The notes below the pieces were generated by a model. It was given only the letters and a program-made list of their open reading frames with translations. It was not told the origin of the DNA and ran no database searches. The position numbers were made by a program, and so were the translations under genes. 64,000 bases of DNA, taken from assembly GCF_003096195.1 (NCBI RefSeq), contig NZ_CP023004.1:37299-101298 (forward strand), given 5' to 3'. The stretch comes from Ereboglobus luteus. GTDB taxonomy: Bacteria; Verrucomicrobiota; Verrucomicrobiia; Opitutales; Opitutaceae. This document shows, one piece after another, positions 1 to 8,134 of the stretch (position 1 is its first letter; every line of letters starts with the position of its first letter).

Positions 1-2150
1 TCACCGCCTTCGCCGGCCAAGTTTACAGCATGTCGCGCGAAGACCTCATCCGCGCCGCGCGTCGCCACAAGATTCCCACAAACATCCCCTACGCGCAACT
101 CACCGAAAAACAACGCGAGTTTGTCATGCTCGGCGAACCCGAATATCGGAAACGCAAAACCCGCGGCGAGCAAATCGACTACGAAACCGACGACCTCTGG
201 TATGGATTGAAGGGCTTTTTCGAATGGCTCGAAAACAACACCTACAAAATGCACGTGCGCGTCTTCCTCTCGCGCTTTCGCGCCTACAATCCCTGCCCCG
301 CCTGCCACGGCCAGCGATTGCAACCCGACGCGCTCTGCTGGAAATGGCAAAAACGCACCATCCCCGAACTCTACACGCTCCCCGTCAGCGAGCTTCTCCC
401 GCTCGTTGAAAAGTCCACGATCTCCGACTCCGCCACATCCCTCGAAACGCACAGCGCCAAACTCGCGCGCGACAGCATCCTCACGCGCCTGCGCTACCTC
501 ATCCACGTCGGCCTCGGATACCTCACGCTCGACCGCCCCTCAAAAACGCTCTCCGGCGGCGAAGTCGAGCGCGTCAACCTCACCTCGTGCCTGGGCACCT
601 CGCTCGTCGACACCCTCTTCGTCCTCGACGAACCCAGTGTCGGCCTGCACCCGCGCGACATCGACCGACTCATCGCGATCATCCGCTCGCTCACCGACGC
701 CGGCAACACCGTCGTCGTTGTCGAGCACGACGAAACCATGATTCGCGCCGCCGACCACATCATCGAAGTCGGCCCCGAACCCGGCGCGCAAGGCGGCCAC
801 ATTGTATTCAGCGGACCACTACAAAAACTGCTCGCCGACAAAACAAGCATCACCGGCCGCTACCTCAGCGGACGCGAAACGATCCCCGCGCCACAAACCA
901 GAAGACCGGTGGAAAGCGACCAGAAGGTCAGAGGCCAGAGTGCCAGAGACCAGAATACTAGAGGCCAGAAATCCAGAAAAGCCGCGCCCAAATCTTCAGC
1001 ATCCGCATCATCCTCTGGCACTCTGGCTTCTGGCCTTCTGGCCGCTGGTATTCCGGCCTCCGCCTCCCTTCGCATCGAAGGCGCGTCCAAGCACAACATC
1101 CGCAACCTCTCCCTCTCCGTCCCACTCAACCGGCTCGTCTGCCTCAGCGGCGTTTCCGGCTCCGGCAAATCGACGCTCCTCGACAACATCATCTATCAAG
1201 GAATCCTCGTCTCGCGCCACCTGCTCGCCGAGGACCCCGCCGAAATCGCGCGCATCACCGGCGTCGATGCGTTTGGCGAAATCATCCTCGTCGACCAATC
1301 CCCGCTCAGCCGCACCCCGCGCTCCAACCCCGCGCTCTACAGCGAGGCATGGGAGCACATCCGCGACCTCTACGCATCCACCCCCGCCGCGCAAACGGCG
1401 GGCTTCACCGCGTCGAGCTTCTCGTTCAACAGCGGCGACGGACGCTGCGACCACTGCAACGGTCTCGGCTCCGAGCGCGTCGAAATGCAATTCCTCTCCG
1501 ACGTTTACGTCCCCTGCCCCATTTGCGAAGGCCGCCGTTTCAAACCCGAAGTCCTCGCAATCACATGGCGCGACCGCAGCATCCACGACCTCCTCAACAC
1601 AAGCATCGACGACGCGATCGCCCTCTTCGTTGACCACCCGCAAATCACCACCCGCCTCGCCCCCCTCGCCCAAGTCGGCCTCGGCTACCTCACCCTCGGC
1701 CAGCCGCTCAACACACTCAGCGGAGGCGAATCACAACGCCTGAAACTCGTCCGCCACCTGACGGCGCCAAACGCCGCAAATGTGGATTTCGGAATGCTGA
1801 ATGCGGAATTAAAAACCACCCAAGCCAACAAACCGCCGCTTGCGTCCGGCCGTTCCGCACTCCGCACTCCGCAATCCGCATTCAAACCCGCGCTGCTCCT
1901 GCTGGACGAACCCACCACCGGCCTCCACCGCCACGACGTCAAACGCCTGCTCGCCGTCCTGCACGCCCTCGTTGACCGAGGCCACAGCATCATCGTGATC
2001 GAGCACAACATCGATGTCCTCAAATCCGCCGACTGGATCATCGAAATCGGCCCCGAGGCCGGAGCCGACGGCGGCCGCATCGTCGCCGAAGGCACGCCCG
2101 AGCACCTCGCGCAAAGCAAAACCGAAACCGCGCCCTACCTGCTCGCTGCG
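1..2150 (+). CDS. uvrA: Excinuclease ABC subunit A (UvrA), 5'-truncated at the window edge: C-terminal ~700 aa (insertion domain, Zn finger, ABC signature I/Walker B, complete second ATPase module). Carries two in-frame palindromic-element insertions.
   Basis: Frame open from nt 3 (start of UvrA #1 lies upstream of the window). Motifs [95 protein letters not shown], all colinear with E. coli UvrA residues ~330-940. C-terminus at ..[11 protein letters not shown] (~2150). No stop codon; the frame continues into a linker. Confidence 0.85.
895..1052. repeat. Palindromic element with tandem-heptad arms ((G)GCCAGA(G) x~8 on the left, CTCTGGC-type on the right), inserted in-frame in uvrA (encodes ..[43 protein letters not shown]..).
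   Basis: Left CCAGAGTGCCAGAG is the exact reverse complement of right CTCTGGCACTCTGG; the insert falls between conserved UvrA blocks (E. coli KRKIEVPKK | LKLTGARGNNL). Confidence 0.6.
1778..1896. repeat. Palindromic element (GGAATGC heptad arms; core CCGCCGCTTGCGTCCGG) inserted in-frame in uvrA, just upstream of the second Walker B.
   Basis: Arms AATGTGGATTTCGGAATGCTGAATGCGGAATTAAAAACC / GTTCCGCACTCCGCACTCCGCAATCCGCATTCAAACCC; same family as 39207-39333 (shared CCGCCGCyTGCGTCCG core). Confidence 0.6.
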
Positions 2151-2151
2151 C

Positions 2152-2278
2152 TCGCAAATTCCAAATTCCAAAATCCCAAATTCCAAAAAAATCTCAAATC
2201 ACCAAAATCCAAATCTCAAAAAAACCAAACATCACTTCCCGCCGGGGATTCGCGTTCATTCGCGTCCATTCGCGGTTC
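2152..2278. repeat. Composite low-complexity linker between UvrA and the UvrA-like module, built from two arm types (CCAAATT/CCAAAAT heptads, then TTCGCGT/TTCATTCGCG repeats), translated in-frame.
   Basis: The same two arm types recur together at 49291-49482 and singly at 8099-8134. Confidence 0.45.
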
Positions 2279-2280
2279 AA

Positions 2281-4123
2281 CCCCCGCCTCGCTCAACATA
2301 ATCGGCGCGCGCGAAAACAACCTCAAAAACCTCTCCCTCGACATCCCGCACCACGGCCTCAACGTCGTCACCGGCGTCTCCGGCTCGGGCAAGTCCACGC
2401 TCGCGTTCGACATCGTTTTCGCCGAGGGCCAGCGCCGCTTCATGGAATCCATGTCGCCCTACGCGCGCCAGTTCGTCGAGCAACTCCCGCGCCCCGACAT
2501 CGACCTGCTCACCGGCATCCCGCCCACCGTCGCGATCGAGCAGCGCATCACGCGCGGCTCCCGCAAGTCCACCGTCGCCACCATCACCGAAGTCGCGCAA
2601 TACCTCCGCCTGCTCTACGCCCGCCTCGGCGTGCAGCACCACCCCGACACCGGCCGCCCCATTGTTCCGCTCACGCTCACGCAACTCCGCGCCCACCTCG
2701 CCAAAATCCTCGCCACCGACCCGCGCGCGAAGAAGGCAAAAAACTCTACCTCTGCGCCCCGCTCATCCGCGGACGCAAAGGCCACCACCAACCCATCGCC
2801 ACCTGGATCGAGAAACAAGGCTACACCCACATGCGCGCCGACGGAGACCTCTTCCCCGTCGAAAAATTCGAAAAACTCGACCGCTACAAAGAGCACAACA
2901 TCGAGGTGGTCGTGGCCGATTTGAAATCGGCCACGACCACCTCGAAGAGTGAAAAGCGAAGGGTGAAAAATGAAACACAAACCACTCAACCCACTCAACG
3001 TCCGCATCACTCGCCTGCGTCCGATTTTCACCCTTCACCCTTCACCCTTCACTCTTCCCTGGACGAGGCCCTCCGCCTCGGCCAGGGCTCCTGTTTCCTC
3101 CTCACAGGCGACAACAAAATCATCACCTGGCTCTCGACCACGCGCACCGATTCCGCCACGGGCGAGACATTCCCCGAACTCGATCCCAAGGACTTCTCGA
3201 TCAATTCCCCCCGCGGCTGGTGTCCCGCCTGTCGCGGACACGGGCGCATCTACCCTTGGATGCTCGCGCTCGACAAACAACAAAACGACACGCAGGAAAA
3301 CCGCGACATCGCGCTCCAACTCCGCGCCTACGGCATCTCCGACGCGGATGACATAAGCGACCACGGCCAGCCCTGCCCCGGATGCCACGGTGAACGCCTA
3401 AACCGCGTCGCGCGAGCAGTGCGCCTGCACTTTAGCGCCCCCGCCCCGATCGAAAAGAGTGAAGAGGGAAAGATGAAGAGTGAAAAGCAAGGCGCCAAAC
3501 GCCAGGCAACCAAACTCAAAGCCACTTCCGCTCCCTCTTTCACCCTTCACTCTTCACCCTTCAGCCTTTCCCTCCCCTCGCTCCTGCGCCTCACGCCGGG
3601 CGCGCTCCTCGCGCAACTTCGCCAGCTTGATCAAACCGACACCCGCACCCGCGCCATCACGCAGGACATCCTTCCGCAAATCGAGGAGCGCCTCCGATTC
3701 CTCGACCACGTCGGCCTCGGCTACCTCACGCTCGACCGCCCCACCGAAACGCTCAGCGGAGGCGAGTCGCAACGCATCCGCCTCGCCGCGCAACTCGGCA
3801 GCAACCTCAGCGGCGTGCTCTACGTGCTCGACGAACCTAGCATAGGATTGCACGCCCGCGACAACGACCGCCTGATCGAAACGCTCGAAACCCTCCGCGC
3901 CAAAGGCAACACGCTGCTCGTGGTCGAGCACGATGACGAACTCATGCGCCACGCCGACCGCATCATTGACCTTGGTCCCGCGGCGGGCATCCACGGCGGC
4001 GAGCTCCTTGCCAGCGGCACGCCGGAGGAAATCCGCCAAACCCCCTCCTCCATCACCGGTCTCTTCCTCAAAAAAGGCATCAAGCACCCCCTCCGCGGCG
4101 CCTACCGCCCGCTCCCGGCATGA
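2281..4123 (+). CDS. UvrA-like N-terminal ATPase module (Walker A, Zn fingers, signature I, Walker B) fused in-frame to the upstream uvrA through a low-complexity linker. Reading frame is broken by a -1 indel in an A6 run (2738-2743) and resumes in the +2 frame to the stop at 4123. Contains two in-frame palindromic-element insertions.
   Basis: [48 protein letters not shown] aligns to the E. coli UvrA N-terminus; no ATG/GTG/TTG start between 2150 and 2290. [24 protein letters not shown] then continues as [16 protein letters not shown] only in the other frame (needs A7, observed A6). Downstream [48 protein letters not shown]; ends at the equivalent of E. coli residue ~600. Confidence 0.6.
2905..2940. 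repeat. Perfect 14-bp-stem palindrome GTGGTCGTGGCCGAT-TTGAAA-TCGGCCACGACCAC inside the UvrA-like module, directly 5' of element 2944-3057.
   Basis: The left arm is native coding sequence (EVVVADL); the right arm is its exact inverted copy. Confidence 0.5.
2944..3057. repeat. Palindromic element, GAAGAGT/GAAGGGT-arm subfamily (core AAATGAAACACAAACCACTCAACCC..CGCCTGCGTCCGA), inserted in-frame in the UvrA-like module.
   Basis: Arms GAAGAGTGAAAAGCGAAGGGTGAAAAA / TTTTCACCCTTCACCCTTCACCCTTCACTCTTC; insert of ~44 aa between EVVVADL and [10 protein letters not shown]. Confidence 0.7.
3452..3566. repeat. Palindromic element, same subfamily as 2944-3057, second in-frame insertion in the UvrA-like module.
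   Basis: Arms GAAAAGAGTGAAGAGGGAAAGATGAAGAGTGAAAAGC / CTCTTTCACCCTTCACTCTTCACCCTTCAG; ~37 aa insert between VRLHF and [10 protein letters not shown]. Confidence 0.7.
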
Positions 4124-4303
4124 TCGACGTGTTCTAAAAAACTCAAAAACACACAACTCCGTTTCAGGCGGACGGTTGGCGGACTGTCACTGTCGCGCGT
4201 CCGCCACCCAGCATTGGTTTACGCAATCCGATCGTGGTAATCCCCTGCCCCGTCAAATCATGTAAAAAATCTCCGTCACTTTTTTATCGGACTTGCGTCT
4301 TTT

Positions 4304-4338
4304 GCAATGCGACCGGCATTTTCAGCCGGTCGCATTGT
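4304..4338. promoter_or_regulatory. Perfect 12-bp inverted repeat CAATGCGACCGG-N11-CCGGTCGCATTG ~70 nt upstream of macA; candidate operator or terminator.
   Basis: Sequence symmetry only. Confidence 0.25.
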
Positions 4339-4407
4339 TTAACGACAGCCCGCATCACCACTTTCCCTCACCTAAAAAACACGCACGCACCACGCGCTTT
4401 TTCAAAC

Positions 4408-5835
4408 ATGGCAAAATCCAGCAAGCCCTTCGGTAAAATCATCGTCCTTCTAATCCTCGCCGCAGGCGCCGCCTATGGCGTCTATTACTGGAAAAAAGCC
4501 GACGCCAAACCGCCCGAAATCTCGACCACCGCCGTCACCCGGGGCAGCATCATCCAAAGCATCACCGCCACCGGCGTGCTGCAGGCGCCCACCAGCGTCG
4601 ACGTCTCCTCGCAGATTTCCGGCAAGGTCATCGCGCGCAATGTCGATTACAACGACCACGTGAAGGAAGGCGACGTCCTCTGCCTCATCGACCCCGCCAC
4701 CTACAAATCCAAGCTCCTTCAATCCGAGGCCCAACTCGCCAACACCAAGGCCAGCCACACCCTCACGCGGCTCAACACCGAACGCACCCGCGAGCTCTTC
4801 CAGCAAAACCTCGTCTCGCAAGCCGACCTCGACCAGGCCAACGCCCAGCTCGCGCAGGCCGACGCCCAGCTCAAAATCCAGGAGGCAAATGTCGAAACCG
4901 CCCGCCTCGACCTCGAACGCTGCACAATCACCTCGCCCATCACCGGCATCGTCCTCGACCGCCAGACCGACGTGGGCAAAACCGTCGCCGCCAGCCTCAA
5001 CGCCCCCACCCTTTTCACCCTCATCAACGACCTCACGAAATTGGAAATCAGCGCCGACGTTTCCGAGGCCGACATCGGCGGCATCGCCGACGACCAGGAA
5101 GTGCTCTTCACCGTCGACGCCTATCCCGGCCGGCAGTTTCGCGGCAAGGTTTCCCAAATCCGCAACCTCCCGAAAACCTCCCAGTCCGTCGTCGTCTATT
5201 CGACAATCATCGATGTGAACAACAGCGACCTCCGCCTCAAGCCCGGCATGACGGCAAACGTCAACATCATCACCGCCCGCCGTGACAACGTGCTCGTAAT
5301 CGCAAACTCCGCGCTCCGCGCCCGCATCCCCGAAAAACTCGTCCCCGCAGGCGCCGCCACGACGGGACAATCCGCCGGCAAAAAGAAATCCGATCAGTCA
5401 GGCGACGCCTCAAAACGTAGCAAGCGCGGCGGCAGCAACCGCGAGCAAATGCGCGCGCTCTTTCAGGACGCCGGCATCACCATGGGCCAGCCCGCCACCA
5501 CCGAGGCCATTGAAAAACTCAAGGCCCTCGCCGCCGAGCGCAACATAACGCTCAGCGATCGCATGCTCTCCAACCTGGAGCGCCGCAGCGGCTCCGGCGG
5601 AAGCCCGACCGTCACCCAGCGCACTGTTTACCGCATCGCCACGCCATTGCCCGACCTCAAACTCGAGGCCGTCAACGCCCGCTTCGGCATTAGCGACGGC
5701 TCCAGCACCGAAATCATCGACGGCCTCGCCGAGGGCGAGGAAATCATCACCAGCGTTTACATCCCCGGCACCACCAGCACAACCGCATCCTCCTCCAACT
5801 CCACGCCCTTCGGCGGAGGCCCGAGGTTCCGGTAA
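4408..5835 (+). CDS. macA: Efflux periplasmic adaptor subunit, HlyD/MacA family, with a C-terminal extension.
   Basis: N-terminal TM anchor MAKSSKPFGKIIVLLILAAG, coiled-coil (QAQL..QANAQLAQADAQL), lipoyl/beta-barrel motifs; immediately upstream of a MacB-type ATPase and permease. Confidence 0.75.
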   Translation: MAKSSKPFGKIIVLLILAAGAAYGVYYWKKADAKPPEISTTAVTRGSIIQSITATGVLQAPTSVDVSSQISGKVIARNVDYNDHVKEGDVLCLIDPATYKSKLLQSEAQLANTKASHTLTRLNTERTRELFQQNLVSQADLDQANAQLAQADAQLKIQEANVETARLDLERCTITSPITGIVLDRQTDVGKTVAASLNAPTLFTLINDLTKLEISADVSEADIGGIADDQEVLFTVDAYPGRQFRGKVSQIRNLPKTSQSVVVYSTIIDVNNSDLRLKPGMTANVNIITARRDNVLVIANSALRARIPEKLVPAGAATTGQSAGKKKSDQSGDASKRSKRGGSNREQMRALFQDAGITMGQPATTEAIEKLKALAAERNITLSDRMLSNLERRSGSGGSPTVTQRTVYRIATPLPDLKLEAVNARFGISDGSSTEIIDGLAEGEEIITSVYIPGTTSTTASSSNSTPFGGGPRFR

Positions 5836-5852
5836 CCGCCGCCATCGCGGCG

Positions 5853-5968
5853 GAAGTTGGAAGAGTGAAGGGTGAAAACATGAAAGACAAACCATCCCAA
5901 CCATCAACCGCCACACCACGCCAAAGCCCGTTTTTCACTCTTCACCCTTCACGCTTCACTCTTCTTCC
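5853..5968. repeat. Palindromic element, same subfamily (core AACATGAAAGACAAACCATCCCAACCATCAACC), filling the macA-ATPase intergenic space; the right arm ends 3 nt before the ATPase ATG.
   Basis: Arms GGAAGTTGGAAGAGTGAAGGGTGAAAACA / TTTTTCACTCTTCACCCTTCACGCTTCACTCTTCTTCC; the core is homologous to the 2944-3057 core. Confidence 0.7.
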
Positions 5969-5971
5969 TCC

Positions 5972-6739
5972 ATGCAACCCGTTGTAAAACTCATCGACAT
6001 CCGCAAGACCTACACCACCGGCGAAATCGCGGTCCACGCCGTGCGCGGGGTCACGCTCGACATTTACCCGGGGGAATTCGTCGCGCTCATGGGCGCGTCC
6101 GGCTCCGGCAAGTCGACCCTCATGAACACGCTCGGCTGCCTCGACCGCCCCACCTCGGGCGAGTATTACCTCGACGGCGTCAATGTCGCCAACCTTGACC
6201 GCGACGACCGGGCCGACATCCGCAATCACAAACTCGGTTTCGTATTCCAAGGCTTCAACCTCCTCGCCCGCACCAGCGCCGTCGAAAACGTCGAACTGCC
6301 CATGCTCTACCAGCGCAACCGCACCTCGTCGAAGGAGATGCGCCAGCGCGCCATGGAGGCGCTCGAAATCGTCGGCCTCGCCCAGCGCGCCGACCATCAT
6401 CCCAGCCAGCTCTCCGGCGGCCAGCAGCAGCGCGTCGCCATCGCGCGCGCCCTCGTCAACCGCCCCCAAGTCATCCTCGCCGACGAACCCACCGGCAACC
6501 TCGACACCAAAACCTCCGTCGAAGTCATGGGCGTTTTTCAAAAACTCAACGATCAGGGCATCACGATCCTCATGGTCACGCACGAACTCGACATCGCGCG
6601 TTACTGCAAACGCAACCTCATCCTCCGCGACGGCAAACTCGTCAGCGACGTCCAAGTCGAGACCCGCATGAATTCCGAAGCCGAGCTCCGCAAACTCGCC
6701 GAAGCCGAGGCACAGGCGAAACTGACGGGAGATGAATGA
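5972..6739 (+). CDS. MacB/LolD-type ABC transporter ATP-binding protein.
   Basis: Walker [10 protein letters not shown], signature [15 protein letters not shown], Walker [13 protein letters not shown]-loop. Confidence 0.85.
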   Translation: MQPVVKLIDIRKTYTTGEIAVHAVRGVTLDIYPGEFVALMGASGSGKSTLMNTLGCLDRPTSGEYYLDGVNVANLDRDDRADIRNHKLGFVFQGFNLLARTSAVENVELPMLYQRNRTSSKEMRQRAMEALEIVGLAQRADHHPSQLSGGQQQRVAIARALVNRPQVILADEPTGNLDTKTSVEVMGVFQKLNDQGITILMVTHELDIARYCKRNLILRDGKLVSDVQVETRMNSEAELRKLAEAEAQAKLTGDE

Positions 6740-6796
6740 ACACCCGCCCGACCAGTCCGATCCGACAAATAAGGCCCATCCAAAATTAGACCCGTC

Positions 6797-8005
6797 ATGA
6801 GAATTTTCAGCACCATCGTCATCGCCCTCCGCGCGCTTCGGCGCAACCTCATGCGTTCCATGCTCACCGCGCTCGGCATGATCATCGGCGTCGGCGCCGT
6901 CATCACCGTCGTCGCCATGGGCAGCGGCACCAAGGCGCAAGTCGAGGCGCAAATCGCCGGCCTCGGTGACAACCTCATCACGGTCATCCCCGGCGTTCTC
7001 ACCACCGGCGGCGTGCGCGGCGGATGGAACACCGCGAGCTCCCTCACCATCGAGGACACCATCGCCATCAAGCAGGAAATCGCCGGCGTCACCGGCACCA
7101 GCCCCGAAACCCGCGACCGCGTGCAAGTCATCGCCGGCGGCCTCAACTGGAACACCTCCGCGCAAGGCGTCTCCGCCGACTATGCCGCCATTCGCTCCTG
7201 GTCCGTCGCGGAAGGCGATTTTTTCAGCGAGCAGGATTTGCGCACCAACGCCAAGGTCTGCGTCATTGGCAAGACCGTCGCCGACCAGCTTTACCCCGGG
7301 CTCGATCCCGTCGGTCAAAACATCCGCGCACGCAACATCCCGCTGCGCATCGTCGGCGTCATGGCAAGCAAGGGCTTCAACGCCTACGGCCAGGATCAGG
7401 ACGACTTCATCATGGTCCCCTACACCACCGCGATGAAACGCATCATCCGCCGCGACCGCATAAACCAAATCATGATTCAGGCCGCCAGCGCCGACATCCT
7501 CGACCGCGTGCAAGCCGAGGTCGGCGACCTCCTCCAACAACGCCGCGGCGGGCGCGACCCCGATTACACCGTTCGCAACCAGGAGGAAATTGCCAAGGCC
7601 CGCAACGCCACCAACGAATCCCTCTCGTGGCTGCTCACCGGCATCGCGCTCGTCTCGCTCCTCGTCGGCGGCATCGGCATCATGAACATCATGCTCGTCT
7701 CCGTGACCGAGCGCACCCGCGAAATCGGCATCCGCCTCGCCATCGGCGCGCATGGCAAGGACGTGCTCCTGCAATTCCTCACCGAGGCGATCGTGCTGAG
7801 CGTGCTCGGCGGCGGCATCGGCATCGCCTGCGGCATCGGCGCATCGCAATTCCTCGCACACTACAAGGGCTGGCTCATGGTGATCCCGACCGAATGGGTG
7901 GCGTTCTCCTTCCTCATCAGCGCGGGCGTCGGCATTGCATTCGGATTTTTCCCCGCCATGAAAGCCGCCCAGCTCGACCCCATCGACGCGCTTCGTTACG
8001 AGTGA
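6797..8005 (+). CDS. ABC transporter permease, FtsX/MacB type (N-terminal TM, periplasmic domain, 3 C-terminal TMs).
   Basis: MacB_PCD-like periplasmic region, FtsX C-terminal motif (ERTREIGIRLAIGA), operon context with adaptor and ATPase. Confidence 0.8.
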   Translation: MRIFSTIVIALRALRRNLMRSMLTALGMIIGVGAVITVVAMGSGTKAQVEAQIAGLGDNLITVIPGVLTTGGVRGGWNTASSLTIEDTIAIKQEIAGVTGTSPETRDRVQVIAGGLNWNTSAQGVSADYAAIRSWSVAEGDFFSEQDLRTNAKVCVIGKTVADQLYPGLDPVGQNIRARNIPLRIVGVMASKGFNAYGQDQDDFIMVPYTTAMKRIIRRDRINQIMIQAASADILDRVQAEVGDLLQQRRGGRDPDYTVRNQEEIAKARNATNESLSWLLTGIALVSLLVGGIGIMNIMLVSVTERTREIGIRLAIGAHGKDVLLQFLTEAIVLSVLGGGIGIACGIGASQFLAHYKGWLMVIPTEWVAFSFLISAGVGIAFGFFPAMKAAQLDPIDALRYE

Positions 8006-8007
8006 CC

Positions 8008-8134
8008 TGATTGTGGATTTTGGATTTTAAAAACCCGCGCGAGCTGGTTTGATCCGAGCTTCGTCATGCTTTTTTCATCGCATCGGCGCGGCAGCGCCCC
8101 AATCCAAAATCGAGAACCCAAAATCCCAAATTCA
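8008..8134. repeat. Palindromic element (GGATTTT/CCAAAAT heptad arms) occupying the whole permease-oxidoreductase intergenic region; the right arm ends at the ATG.
   Basis: CTGATTGTGGATTTTGGATTTTAAAAACCC ... CCAATCCAAAATCGAGAACCCAAAATCCCAAATTCA|ATG; the right arm is ~85% identical to the arm preceding the pnp ATG (49291-49328, minus strand). Confidence 0.65.

Noticed and set aside
880-1060. Initially read the Q/R/K/S-rich insert in UvrA as a native low-complexity linker.
   Set aside because: Re-reading the DNA shows perfect inverted CCAGAGTGCCAGAG / CTCTGGCACTCTGG arms of tandem heptads; it was reclassified as a palindromic element (feature 895-1052).
2738-2743. Programmed ribosomal frameshift in the UvrA-like module.
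   Set aside because: It is a simple homopolymer with no slippery heptamer plus downstream structure, and a second -1 homopolymer shift occurs in argA. The parsimonious explanation is sequencing error.
2970-3356. ORF 2970-3356 ([16 protein letters not shown]...) as a separate gene.
   Set aside because: It lies wholly inside the UvrA-like module in another frame and is generated by the palindromic element's ATG; the UvrA frame carries all conserved motifs here.
2944-3566. Possibility that the repeated CACCCTTCAC / GAAGAGTGAAG units are a CRISPR array.
   Set aside because: The units are inverted (palindromic), not direct. Spacing is irregular, copies are dispersed singly across the window, and no cas genes are present.
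5942-7861. Very long antisense ORFs (e.g. 5942-7861 -, 14669-16630 -, 22483-23967 -, 33625-35793 -, 47149-49329 +, 1008-1673 -) overlapping well-supported genes.
   Set aside because: High GC suppresses stop codons in non-coding frames. Their translations are low-complexity (G/A/R/E/V-rich) and lack motifs, and each sits opposite a gene with clear family motifs.
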